Source of the DNA: Lama guanicoe
Taxonomy: Eukaryota
Length of the DNA stretch: 64,000 nucleotides
Direction: 5' to 3'
Assembly: GCA_013239625.1 (NCBI GenBank)
Contig: MU053561.1
Location: forward strand, 5,630,439 to 5,694,438
The stretch's first letter is position 1. The number at the start of each line of letters is the position of its first letter. Below the pieces are notes generated by a model. It saw nothing but the letters and a program-made list of their open reading frames with translations, searched no databases and was not told the origin of the DNA. Both the position numbers and the translations under genes were made by a program. Of this stretch, positions 1-12,144 are shown piece by piece.

Positions 1-499
1 TAATTTATAGAGTAGAAAAGACATAGAATATGTATAATTCTAAAGCTTCTAGCAGCCACATTTGCAATTTCTATTCACGCTCCCGTGAGCTCACTGTTTT
101 TCTTCCCCCTGCACTCCTGCCAACGCAGCATCTTGGCCAAGTTCTCACTCTTCCAGATCTAGGTTGTGGCAACAGCCCCTCCCCTACCTTTACCCCAGTC
201 CTTCTATTCAGTTTCCAAGACCAGTTGCCATAAACATCCTTTTCGTTACATCCTCAAGGCCTTGGCAACTTGGTGGCATAATAAACACAATTAACACACG
301 AGGTCACTTCGTATATACCACGTATTGTGCTGCTTTATATGCACAGCTGTGTTAGGAGGTGGGTTCTACCATTCTGAGAAACAGAGACTACTACTAAGAA
401 GGTTAAGTGACTCACTGGAGATCTTTCATCACCAGAAGGTGTGGACCCAAAGCCTAAGCTCTTAACCACTAAGCTCTTCTGCATGGCACAGGCTTCCGC

Positions 500-610
500 A
501 TCAGAAAGGCTTGGACCTGAGCTGTCTCTGCCATTTACTAGCTGTGCGGCTTTGGGCAACTGGACCCATACGGGTCTTGCTTGTTTCATGTGTAAAATGT
601 GAACGTTTGG
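500..610 (+). mobile_element. MIR SINE fragment
   Basis: ctctgccatttactagctgtg...ttgggcaa...tgtaaaatg resembles the MIR core. Confidence 0.7.
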
Positions 611-877
611 AGGATTGGGTGATGTAGTGGAGCTGGGATTCACACCAGGCATCAAGTCTGCCTCTTAACCACTGCTAGGCAATTTACAGTAAGTGCCTCG
701 CACCAACTCAGGAACAGTATGTTCTCAATAAAGGTGGTTAATGAGGGAAAACGACTCCTTAGCCTAGTTCTCAAGATTCTCCATCGGTAAGATCCTCCTT
801 CTCCCTACTAATTCCTCAGTCTCCCCAGGTTCACCTCTCTAATCTTAACAGCTCAGGAAGTAAGATTGAAAGAAAAG

Positions 878-1085
878 AGAGCATTGCATTAGGGGTTAGA
901 ACACCTGGGTACCAGTCCTGGCTCCGCCCTATGAGCTGTGTGATTTTGGCCAACAATACAGTCTTTGAATCTTGCATTCCTTGTCCATAAAATGGGGATT
1001 ATGTCCTTCTTGCCCTATTTCATAGGGCTTTTATAAGAGTTAGATGTGTTACTATTATGAGAGCACTTTGAAAACATAACAAGTA
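878..1085 (+). mobile_element. MIR SINE
   Basis: cctgggt..agtcctggctccgcc..agctgtgtgattttggc...taaaatgggga...catagggc...agcactttg follows the MIR consensus. Confidence 0.8.
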
Positions 1086-1129
1086 GTGTTAATCTGTTTA
1101 CTTTGCGGAAGCAACTCTCTAGTGAAGTC

Positions 1130-1650
1130 AGGGTACTGGGAGGGGGTCCATCCAACCTGGTGGGTCAGAGAAGTCTCCCTGGAGGAGCTGATGCCAGGGT
1201 TGACACTTGAGGAAGGTGAAGCGTTAGCAGGTAAAGACGGTTCCAGACTGCAGCAATGGTGTGAACAAAGTCAAGGAGGTGTGACATGTCAGTGTGAGCT
1301 CAGAGAATGATGGACAGTTCTGTATTCTCAGACCTAGAAGTGAGATAGGGAGATGCAGACAGGGGTCAGGTCAGGAGGACCTTGCAGGCTGGCCAAGGAA
1401 CTTGAACTCTTACAGCTCCAGAGCCGTAAGAGCCGTGGAGGATCTCAAGGAAATGAATCATGTGGTGGATCAGTGTTGTAAAAAGATTACTCTCATAGTG
1501 GAGGGGAGGATGGAATGGAGGGAAACAAGAATGAAGTTGAGAGCATGGACAGGATAAAAGCTTTAGCCAAGGTCAGTAGTAGGGGGAAAGGGTGAGCAAA
1601 AGGAGGGGTGATATCAATAAATATTTAGATGACAAAATTGGCAGCACTTG
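1130..1650 (-). mobile_element. L2 LINE fragment
   Basis: gggtcagagaagtctccctggaggag...ggccaaggaacttgaactct...aaaagattactct typical of antisense L2. Confidence 0.7.
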
Positions 1651-1849
1651 GTACTAAGTAATTAGTAGTGTCTTTGGATAATAAAAATTGACAAGTTTGA
1701 TGATTGATCCTTGGCAAAATGCTGTAGTCGATTTTCCAAAGTGGTAAGTGAGCATTTAATTTAGAAACTAAACAGGTGTGTTAATTTAACATCAGATTAG
1801 GTCAACTATGAACAAATCAAACCAAATGTGCCTTATTTTCTTCTTTATA

Positions 1850-3050
1850 AAAGTTATTTTTTCCATTAGAAAAATAATAGATGCCTGTTATAGAAAACTT
1901 GGAAAATGTAGAAAACTAGGGTAGGGAAAATTTCTGCCACCGACTAGTAACATTTTGTATTTTTTTTCTATGAATATCTTTTAATATGATTGTAATCAGT
2001 CTGCACATTTGTTGTCTACCAGTGGATCTATTTTTTCTCTCAGTATTATACTTTAAACGTTTATTTTGTAACAAAATCTTTAAATATCACTTTAAATGAT
2101 TTGACATTAACTTTCTGTGGGTGTGCTTTAATTAATCTGTTATTGGATATTTAAGTTATTTCCAATTTGGGGATATTTAAAATAATAATTTGATTGGTAA
2201 CTTTATATATAAAGCACTTTGCATATGTGGGACAGATTCCCTTAAATTCGATTTCTGAAAAATTTTACAATGTTAAAAGATATGACCATTTTAAGGTTTT
2301 TGTTACATATTATTAAACACTTTCCAAAAAGATTGTAACAATTTACAATGCTACTAGTAATGCAGCAGAATCCATTTTGCATCTTTTCTTGCATAAAATG
2401 TTATCATTTAAAAATTATAAACAATAATTTTCCTTGTTTTTAAAAATATGAACAACACATGCATACAAGAAAAAGTCAAACAGTATAGAAGAACATAAAA
2501 CAAAATAAATAAATAGATAAAACTTTTCCTCTTTCTGCCAATCCCAAACCTCTCTGCTTTCCCAGAGTAATCACAGTAGAAACTTTCTTGTGTATACCCT
2601 TATGAATTTTTAAAAAATTAAAGTCTTTGCAAAATAGTACTAGGTTTTTATTTTATCAGACTATTCTGGGTTTTGAAAACCTTTCCATGTCAATGCATAT
2701 AGCTCTATTCTATGAATATATAATAATTTATTTAACCAGGACCCTATTGACTGACACTCAGGTTTATTTTTTTTAACATTTTTTATTGAGTTATAATCAT
2801 TTTTTTTTAGTATTTTGCTGTTGTAAATAATATTGCAATGAACACCTTTGAATTAAGCTCTTGATGAACTTGTGTAGGATAAATTCCTAGCTGTGAAACT
2901 GTATTAAAATTTAGATCGAAAAGGTATTTGAGGCAATTTACTATCTCACCAACCATGTGGAAATGTTTATTTCCCACACTTTCACTGATAAGCCTTGACT
3001 TATCAGACTTATTAGTTTTTGTCAACTTGATAGATTAAAGAATGTCATCT
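1850..3050 (-). mobile_element. Old L1M (L1ME-like) fragments
   Basis: AT-rich decayed L1 3' region, e.g. gttatttccaatttg, ttgcaatgaaca, ggataaattcctag, aatgtcatctcagtg. Confidence 0.6.
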
Positions 3051-3054
3051 CAGT

Positions 3055-3215
3055 GTTCATTCATTCATAAATAGTCATTGAGTTCCTACTATGTGCCAGT
3101 CCTCTGCTTTAGATGCTTGGGACACACGAGTGACCAAAATGAAGATCCCTGCCCCTATGGAGCTAACATTCTAGCACAATAAATAATAAACATAATATAC
3201 AAGTAAATCATCCAG
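3055..3215 (-). mobile_element. L2 3' end
   Basis: ttcattcattcataaatag..ttgagttcctactatgtgccag...ccctgcccctatggagctaacattctag. Confidence 0.8.
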
Positions 3216-3239
3216 TAAGAGCTGTATGCACTAGAATCT

Positions 3240-3545
3240 GCCTTTGCTGCCTCTGAAATGGGTGGTCATGGCTCCTTTTGTCACAGTGTCACCAGCATGG
3301 ATTTTGGACAGTCACTGCATCTTAGCCTCACTGGTTCCTACTGCAGAATTTGGCATTAGAATATCTGATTGGTGAAGCCTAGATCCTGTGACAGCACTCA
3401 TGCTGTAAGGATGGCTGGCAAAGTATGTGGAAGTTTCAGATTCTGTGATGAATAGAGGGTTCTGTTTCATGAGATGGAGGATTCTTCAAACACAAGAAGG
3501 GGTTCAGAAGCTGAGCAGCCAAAAGGAATGACAGATGTCCACACA
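3240..3545 (-). mobile_element. Old MaLR LTR (MLT1N/M/O-like)
   Basis: tctgattggtgaagcctag...aagggggttcagaagctgagcagccaaaa...agatgtccacaca resembles an old MLT1 LTR end. Confidence 0.55.
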
Positions 3546-3904
3546 TTAGGTATTTGGTTCCCTTTCACAAGTGCCTGGGAACATCTCAGGGAATAAAGGT
3601 CCTCCATATCCAGCTGGACCTGGGAAAGTGGGTACCCAGAGTAGCCAGGGGCAGAGCCATGTAATCCGATGAGCAAGTGCAGGCAAGAGCCAACGTCAAA
3701 ACTTAAGGAGCATGATCAGTCATTGGCCTAGGGGAATAATGCAAAATGTCACAGATGTGACATCTACATAGCTCTGGACACTAGGAGATTTAGAGGGGAA
3801 GTAGAGCTTGCCTCCGTGAGTTGAAGGGCTGTCATATGGACGAGTGAGCATATGTGGGTCATGTGTATTTTTGGAAACTGCAGAAGGCAAAGCTACACTT
3901 GTCA

Positions 3905-4620
3905 TGTAGTCAACACATTTAGTAAGTAACTGACACATACCAGTCACTGGTCTAAGCATTGGGGATATAACAGTGAACAAGGCACATAAACTCCTACTAA
4001 TATAAAACAACATGCAGTGGGAGCACAAATGAAAAGAGAATTACATGTACATACTTATAATGTTAGATAGCGCTGGGTGCTCTGGAATAAATAAAATGGG
4101 TTTAAAAAATAAAATAAACTCTCACTGATAAACCAGAGAGATGGTGATATTTGAACAGAGACCTGAGTGACGGGAGGGAGCGGGCCCTGCAGATGTACAG
4201 GAGAAGAAATTCCAGGCAGGAGCAAACACAAGTACAAAGGCCCTGAGATGGGACTGCATGTAGCATACTTGGAAAACATCAAGAGCTAGTGTGGCCAGAG
4301 ATCAGTGAGCAGCAGAAAATGAGGCTGGAGACACGATCATGGGCCAAGTGTTTAGGGCCTTATGGGCCACAGCAGTGCATCTGGACTTACCAATGTTAAG
4401 AGGGTCTTGACCTGGAGAATGATATGATTTGACTTAACATTTTATAAGGATGATTCAAGTGGCTGCTGGGTGAAGAACAGATTGTAGGAAGGGCAAGGGT
4501 AGGACCAGGGAGACCAGTCAGAAGGCCCCTGCCTTGGTCCAGGCCAGAGATGGTGGTAGTAACAGTGGGTGAGAGTTTCAGAGAGATTCAGTGTAGCTCT
4601 GTAGAAGGAAAGCCTCCAGG
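3905..4620 (-). mobile_element. L2 LINE fragment
   Basis: caacacatttagt...ggggatataacagtgaacaag...ttgaacagagacctgag...gtccaggccagagatggtgg. Confidence 0.85.
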
Positions 4621-4697
4621 TATTATAGCTGTGCAAATATAGAATGATCTGGGTGCTATGAAAGGGGTTTCTGTATTGGGAGGAGTATGATCTGGAC

Positions 4698-4910
4698 CAG
4701 GGGTCAGCAATCTATGGCCCACAGGCCAAATCTGGCCCACTGCCTGCTTTTATAAATAAAGTTTTATTGGAACACAATCACACTCATTATTGTCTGTGGC
4801 TGTCTTTGCAATAAAATAGCAGAGTTGAATAGTTGCAACAAAGACCCCGTGGCCTAACGAACCTAAGTAGTTATTTCCTGACCCTTTAAGGAAAAAGTTT
4901 GCTGACCCTG
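4698..4910 (+). mobile_element. MER58A-like hAT-Charlie MITE
   Basis: Terminal inverted repeats caggggtcagcaa / tttgctgaccctg; internal aataaagttttattggaacac and gcagagttgaatagttgc. Confidence 0.9.
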
Positions 4911-6736
4911 GCCTAGAAGACTCCTCAGTGCTTCCTCCCTTCCAGAGTTTCTATGATTCTGTATGTAATTGTTCACTTGACACGTTAATGTTGTCTTTGT
5001 TCCATTTAGTTATGCCCCTCATGGGTATGAAGCTTGTTTTCTCTTTCTCAAATATCTCTTTCTATTACCTAAATATAAATGCTCAGTAGTTTCCTGAAAA
5101 TATACCCTTGTTTGGGAGGTCAAGTAAAGAAGCCATCCTTACCTTGTAGAGGGAAGAAAAGAAAATTGTTCCAAGGTCCCAAAGGTAACACTAATATTTC
5201 CCTCTAGAGAAAAAGTCTGTGCCATTGGCAATATCCATGAGGTAGTTCAGCAGCTGCTTAATAAAGTCATCTTGATAATTTTAAGAACTACTATGTGGGA
5301 TGAAGGACAAAATGTTTGAAGTCTGAAGAGGAAGATCTTGCCACCTAGGCCAGGAGTAAGGGAAACAAGTGACTCCCCAGCCAGGAGAGGCTGGTCTAGC
5401 TCTCAGGCTTCTGAAGATGTAAACAGATCACACATTTGGAGAACTGAGGAATTCTATGCCTGAAGAGTCAATTACATTTCTCTTAATGAATGAGAAGAAT
5501 GTTTGCACGAGATACAAACCAATCTTATTATATAAAAAAAAAAAAAGAAAAAAGGCAGCAAGAGCTTCATGTCTACCACATAAACCCCTGGAATTTGAAA
5601 TGCAAACAACCCTTATTTTCCCACATGAAGAATAAGGCACTGGAAGAACAGGGCTGAGCAAAAGCAGAAATTCTTTAAATGAATCTTTTGGAGAAAGGGA
5701 AGGGTTTCTTACTTAAGAAGGAGTTTAAGATCCTGAAAATGATGAGCAAGAACGGGGAGGGGGAGGGGCAACAAGGGGCAGAATGTGTCAGTGATGCATG
5801 TTGATGCTGGCTTCCCAGAAAGAAGTTTTCCTCTCTTCTTCGCCTCCACTAACAAAAACATCAGCTGGACTTCTGCTTTGAAAAATGCTATCACTGAGAC
5901 CAGTCACGAGGAACGAATTTTTTAAACTGAAATTCTTTAAATCATTTTCAATTCTCCATCTAGCCTATATACACACAAAAAAGTTAAATTAATTTAGAGA
6001 TGATTATTCAGATAATTCAAACCAAAAAAATTCCCAAGACTGCTTTTTGTGTTCTTTGCGTAGCTGTATTAACGATTATGTGGAAAGCCTAAAACAATGT
6101 TCACTGTTTGCCTCAGCAATTGTTTCATGTGGGCTGGAGCAATCACTGCAAAGTTACTCATTGCCTCTGTATTTTTAGTGATATGTTATAGTGACCTAAT
6201 CGACTTAAATAATTTTGTAGATTATTAATAGGACTGTTGCATAAAGGCCTTTGCTTCTGGAGACTAGCTTTAAAAATTCTTTCCACAGCATCCTTCCGCA
6301 AACATATCTAGGCTAATAGCTGTTTGGTATGTGACTGTTCATTTATGTATTCAGACACATGTTTGTGTATCACTTAAGGTAGATTAATCTAGCTAAACTT
6401 TCCAGGCCGCATGGTGAATGATAACACAAATGCCGCCTTATTCTTTTTCACAGAGGAGAGGCAGAGCACTGGTGATGGAGACGTAAAATTTCACCAGTCA
6501 ACCTGGGATACGCCTCTGTTTTTTCCATCTATACAGTGGAAATAGTAACATATAGAGCTATGTTGCTAGAACAAACTATTTTAACATCATCATTGTGAAT
6601 GGACTAACTATGAATGGATAGCACAGAAAGGATTATTATCATTATAAAATGATACTGGACCCCAGATTCCTTGAAATGATTCTATGTCTGGGGAAGGCTG
6701 TCATCGTCAACTAGTAATGGCCTTAGTGAAAAAATG

Positions 6737-7220
6737 CAGTTGACCCTTGACCATCACAGGTTTGAACTGCATGAGTCCACTGACATCTGGGTTTTTTCTC
6801 AATGAATATACAGTCCACCCTCTACTCATGAGTTTCACATCTGTGGATTCAAACTGCGGCCAACTGAGGACCAAAATTTAGACATAGAAAAGCAATGTAT
6901 GGTTACCAAAGGGGAAACAGGGGAAGGGATAAATTAGGAGTCTGGGATTAACAGATACAAACTACTATATACAAAATAGATTTTAAAAAAAGACAAAGAC
7001 CACTCTATAGCACAGGGAACTATATTCACTATCTTGTAATTCCTATAATGGAAAAGAATCTCAGAAAGAATATAGACATGTTTGTATGACTGAATCACTA
7101 TGCAGTACACCTGAAACTAACACAACATTGTAAATCAACTGTACTTCAATAAAAATTTTTTTCTATCCTCAGGTCATTGACTCCTCCAATGAGAAACCCA
7201 AGGACACAGAGGGCGAGCTG
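6737..7220 (+). mobile_element. Tigger2-derived MITE (Tigger2a-like), split by an L1 tail
   Basis: 5' end cagttgacccttga..ggtttgaactgc..gtccact; 3' end aacccaaggacacagagggcgagctg. Confidence 0.8.
6878..7155 (+). mobile_element. 5'-truncated L1 3' UTR (cetartiodactyl type)
   Basis: ggttaccaaaggggaa...gggataaattaggag...tatagcacagggaactatattc...acacaacattgtaaatcaactgtacttcaataaaa. Confidence 0.9.
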
Positions 7221-8930
7221 TGCTAAGAGTGGATAATTAGGAATACCAAGACTTTGTTACTAATATAGGAGACCCTTAGCAGAACTAGCCATTTTTTACA
7301 GGACTTTGCTTTCTCCAAACTCCTCTAACGATGCCTCTTTTAAAACCTGGGGCTCTGGTGGCCACATTCTCTAAACTTTAAACCAGGATATGTAATTTAA
7401 CCGGGGACTTTTGTCTTGTGGTTTAGTATAAGAGACATTTTGTGAGCTATACTGTAGACAACAAATTACTGGAATATCTGGGACTTTTTTTTCATAGGAA
7501 AGAATCAGAGTATTTGAAATCTAGAAAGTCCTTGATAATCAAGGATTTATGGACATGATGCTTACAGATAACCCATAAATGACCAGTTTTTAGAAGCAGA
7601 GTTCGGCTTTAAATGAAGAAAAATCATCTGCAACTTGGTTAATACCAGCTTTAATGAGGCAAATGTATTTTCTATCCAGTAAATTCAAATGAGGAAAAAA
7701 AGGCAGAAATGCAAACATCCCTTTATCATCAAGTGATTCTTAGAATTTCCTTCTGAATCCTGTGACCCAGTGAAGGCATTGCTCCCCTTTCTGATCTGTT
7801 ATGGTTTAAAAAAAGAGGTCCAGGATGGGAGGGCATTATCAAAAAGGTAAGAAGTCTCTACTGCAAACTATACAGATCAAATATTATAGAACATTCATGT
7901 GAATGATTACTGTTATTCTTAGTTTGTTAAAAAAAACTGCAAATTTTGGTTTCGAATGGCATTTGGGTCTATCAGATTAAGTGGGCGTAAAGGCAGGGAG
8001 GGGAAAGAGAGGTAACAATTTAGCAAAACATTGATGAAGAAAGGTCTTGTGTTTGTGTGCAAAATTTAGCTTCCTAGTAACCAAGGCAAAGAGGAAAAAT
8101 ACAATGAGCGATGCGACTTCTTTTTTCTAGTAAAAGCAAAAATGCCAATTATTCAGGAGAGACAAACCTTTTCTGACACTGAGCTCTGAAAATAATTTGT
8201 CACAGAGAGGTTTTTGTAGAAAGGACCTTGAACAACTTAACGGATGGTATTTTCCAGTCAGGAGATTTTACATACATATGAGAGCTGAGCCGGTGGAGAA
8301 ATGCTCTTTCATGCAGGACAAAAAAGACAGTATCCTTTTCTCTTTCTTCCTCTCAGCCCCCTCACCCCCACCCAAACACCTACATCCCTGTCCAGGCACA
8401 CAGGCCTTCAAAGGGCAGATCCCAGATGGGGTGTGGCTACAGAGAAACCACAATTACATTTGTCTGTCGTGACTCACGGCTTTTCAGGGAGGTGACAAGA
8501 GGTACCCTTCCTTTGAAGCTGGCATAACCGTTCCTCCTGTCCCAGCAGCCTACATGCTCAAAGTGGGATTTGTAGCAGCTGTTTCATTTGCTGCCTGTTC
8601 TGCGGTTCTGTCTCCCCTTGAGGAGCGAAAAGAATAAAAGGTAGGGGAGAAAGTGGTTCACATTATCTATCCCACCCAGCAAGGTTGTGTCTAGAGTTCT
8701 TCTCAGCCTGAAGGAAAGATCTGAATCTCCATGCTGTGATCCTAAGGGCGCAGGAAGGTGATGGCAGATACAGATGGAAAGAGTAGGTTCCCTGGGCACT
8801 TGGTGTTATAAACCATGACAACTTCGTAGAGACAAAGGTGAGGGTAAGAGCACAGAGGAATGTGTTTCTCAGAATGTTGCCTTCAGTGCTTGACTACGTG
8901 CTAAACACCTATCAAAATAAAGCCTGAGCT

Positions 8931-9047
8931 GGGGATGGTAGAGCTTAGTGGTAGAGGGCGTGCATGCTAGCACGAGGTCCTGAGTTCAATCCCCAGTACC
9001 TCCACTAGAAAAAAAATTATATATATATAAACAAACGTTTATATATA

Positions 9048-9080
<33 letters not shown>

Positions 9081-9108
9081 AAACCTAATTACCCCCTAAG
9101 AAAAAGAA
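8931..9108 (+). mobile_element. tRNA-derived SINE (camelid Vic-1-like) with internal microsatellite
   Basis: A-box-like gcttagtggtagag, B-box gagttcaatccc, A/TA-rich middle, aaacctaattacccc tail. Confidence 0.9.
9018..9080. repeat. Compound (TA)n/(TATG)n microsatellite
   Basis: Directly visible runs. Confidence 0.95.
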
Positions 9109-12100
9109 TTTTTACAAAAATTTGAAAAGAAACCAAACCCGAGCAGGCCACTCACTGGTGCTTTGGTGGATTAACATTGGGCTGGATCCTACATTTTGAG
9201 ATGTCAAAGCTCCTTTGAAGTTAGCATATTAGGAAATCACTTTCCAAATCGTACCCCTGTAAACTTTAGATGTTCCCTAATAGCTCTGTGATGGAAGAAG
9301 AGTTGACCAATTCTTTAGGGCTGAATGGGGGGGAGGAATCTTTTTTTCATGACAAACACAAAAATAGTAATATCCCATAACTAATGAAAAAAAGAAAACG
9401 GAAGTCACGTGGATTTGCCAAAGGCGATTTCTTTCTTCTGAAGATTCAGTTCATTTCAGAAGCTCATAACACTTCTGCTCCCTTAATGTGGCTCCATATC
9501 TTAATAGTCTTAATATTAGGGTAATTTCTGTAAATATTAAAATTCAACTAATCATTAAAGCAGCCATTGTCATCCTTGATTTCGTCAATGTCACTTTGGT
9601 GATCTCTCAGTCGGAGGGACTTGAAATCTTCAGTAGGGGGAATTAGTCTTCTGCTTCCTCTTAGGATCCTTGAGGTTGACTTGAGGATTAGGCTGTGTGA
9701 GACCTGGAGGACACAAAGGGGAGGGGACAGTGTTCTGCCCTCAAGGCCCTCCGGGGTCAGACCCTGATTCCTGCCACAAACTGCAAGTTAGACTGGCTTT
9801 CCAGGCGTGAATGCGGAACACATGCTAAGTTCCTGGAGAAGCCTTCTTTACAACATCAGTGCTTCTTAGAGGAGCTAAAACAAATCAAGCAAAAAGAAAG
9901 AACACATCACACTCATTAAAGAGTATGTAATAAAAATGCACTGCTATTTAAAGGTAGCTGTAGCATTTGGATGTGAAGCTAATGACTTTCCTGTTATCAC
10001 ATCTGTGTATATTTATAAACCTATCTCAGCACAGAAATGTGCGTCACCACTGATCCTTTGAAAGTAGTCGAGGTTATGGTGTGGGGGATGAACATGAAAT
10101 TTAACTACAAGATGAAGCTTCTCGAAAGGTCAGTGGGGTGGAGAGTAGTAATTATTCCAGCTGAGCGACTCTCCACAATACATTTTTGATGCAATGACTA
10201 ATTATTGTGATTATTTTCATCAGCAAAGGCTTTTAGAGCTAAACATATTCATTTTCTCTTTTCCTCGCTAAAAAGCATTTTGAGCCTTGGAGGAATTCCA
10301 TGTTTTCTACCTATACTTAGAAAGAATGCCCTCGTATGTTTCCACAAATGGTGAACTACCTTTCTTCCCACTGCTCCGCTGTCTGTGATACAGTTGGTCT
10401 CCCTTCTCTGTATCTGCTCCAGAAGGTCAACCAGGGCTTAATGAAAACGATCAGCACCTGGGTTGATAACATCCTCATCTGACCTTTAAGGACCCCTGGG
10501 CTCACAGCCTGTAGCCAATCAGCTACAGTTTAACATAATGAGCTGACACATCATTACAGCAGAAGGAAGCAGGGAGTGTAGAAATTGTAGGGGTTTTTTT
10601 ACAAATTCTATTTAGTGCCTGAAAAAAAATCATCCACAGTTTTACAGATTTGTATCAAATATGGCCTCTTCACTAAGCATTTATCCAAAGAACTTGCAGA
10701 AGAGCATGGTTTATGGAGCTGACAGACCCATAAATGTAGGAAGGATGAAAGATTAACAAAATAATTAGATCTAAAAGATCATTTATAAAATGATTGTCAT
10801 CATAACTCCTTAAATTCCGATCATTTCTTAGACCTTTCAAAGGGCGTTCACACATATTCTTGCTTGTGCTTTGTGGACATGTAGGTGACACATCTATTGA
10901 ACTTGAAATCAAATGAGTATAGATTTTCATCTACACTTTGGCATGCCTCTCAGGACGTGACCTGGGAAGGACAATCCAGTTTTCCAAATTGTGAGATATC
11001 TACACTACCATAAAGACAAACATTAAGATTGGATCATCAGACGTAAAACGGAGAAGAGATTTGGAGGATATTAATCAGATTGTCATATCCTTTCTCTTTC
11101 TAGCTCGTCCCCAAATTTTAATTAAGGGAAAAAACACTCTTGGCTTGTGTTGCTTGAATTCACGTTGTTGTTGAATTTATCTGTGTTGTTTGAAGTCATG
11201 GTATAATTCTCAGCAATTTCTTTGCCCAGGCAACAAGTTGGTTAATTTGATTTTTCAGTCTTTGAACAAAATCTTTGGTAGTTTAAAATGCCTGATGAGT
11301 GACAGATATTGTGACCGCCCTTCTTCTCACACAAATGACTTCTGAGAACGATCATGCACAGGAATCAAACATCACTTCAGTTTGCTAAAGTCAATTTAAA
11401 TAAGCCTAAGCACCATACATTCACATGGTTGATGATTTTAAAACTCAGAACCTCAGAATTTTATATTGGGACAGGGTGGAAAATCAGTAAGAGATGGATG
11501 GGACATTAAGATATGTGTAAATGCAACAGAAACATGTGAAAGTAGACTAAGAATTTATGAGTAATTTACGAGTATAGATTTTGGAAAGTTTGGTTTCAAA
11601 TGGTGCTGGAACATGCTAATATCTTAGAGAAGACTATAAATGTCAGCATATTTTATACTGTCTTCACTCATAATAGCTCCCCTTATACTCAAATTATGCT
11701 TATTTATTACTTAACAAATTATAGTTTTTAAATGTCTTCAGCCTTATCTAGATAACAAGGACCTACCATTACACAGTTTCCTTTCAGGCATTTTGGAAAC
11801 AATCCAAAAATAGACTCTTCAACTTTGACTGCATGGCCTGTCTTAATGGAATAGTTATAATGGTAATTATTCATATTTATTGTATTTTCCTTAAAGATGC
11901 TCCAAGCACGTACTTTATATCTCATTACCCTGTGCCATAATGCAGCGTCATAAACTTAAACATGCAACCACTTCTTGTTACAGCACACGCACCAAATATC
12001 TCTAGAAAATGGGAGCTCCTCTCTAAATTGCACCTTCTCAAGAATGATTTTTCTACATCTCTCTAGGCACTGCATTTCATAACTCGATTCTTTTCCATTT

Positions 12101-12144
12101 TAGCCATAATTGGCTTTTCAGAAAATCTTACAGTGGGGAGGCAT

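Noticed and set aside
8931..9003. tRNA-like A/B boxes (also in the other eight copies)
   Set aside because: These are SINE heads with polyA tails and TSDs, not tRNA genes.
11585..11650. Possible mir-29b-like precursor (TGGTTTCAaATGGTG resembles the 5p arm)
   Set aside because: No 3p arm follows at hairpin distance.
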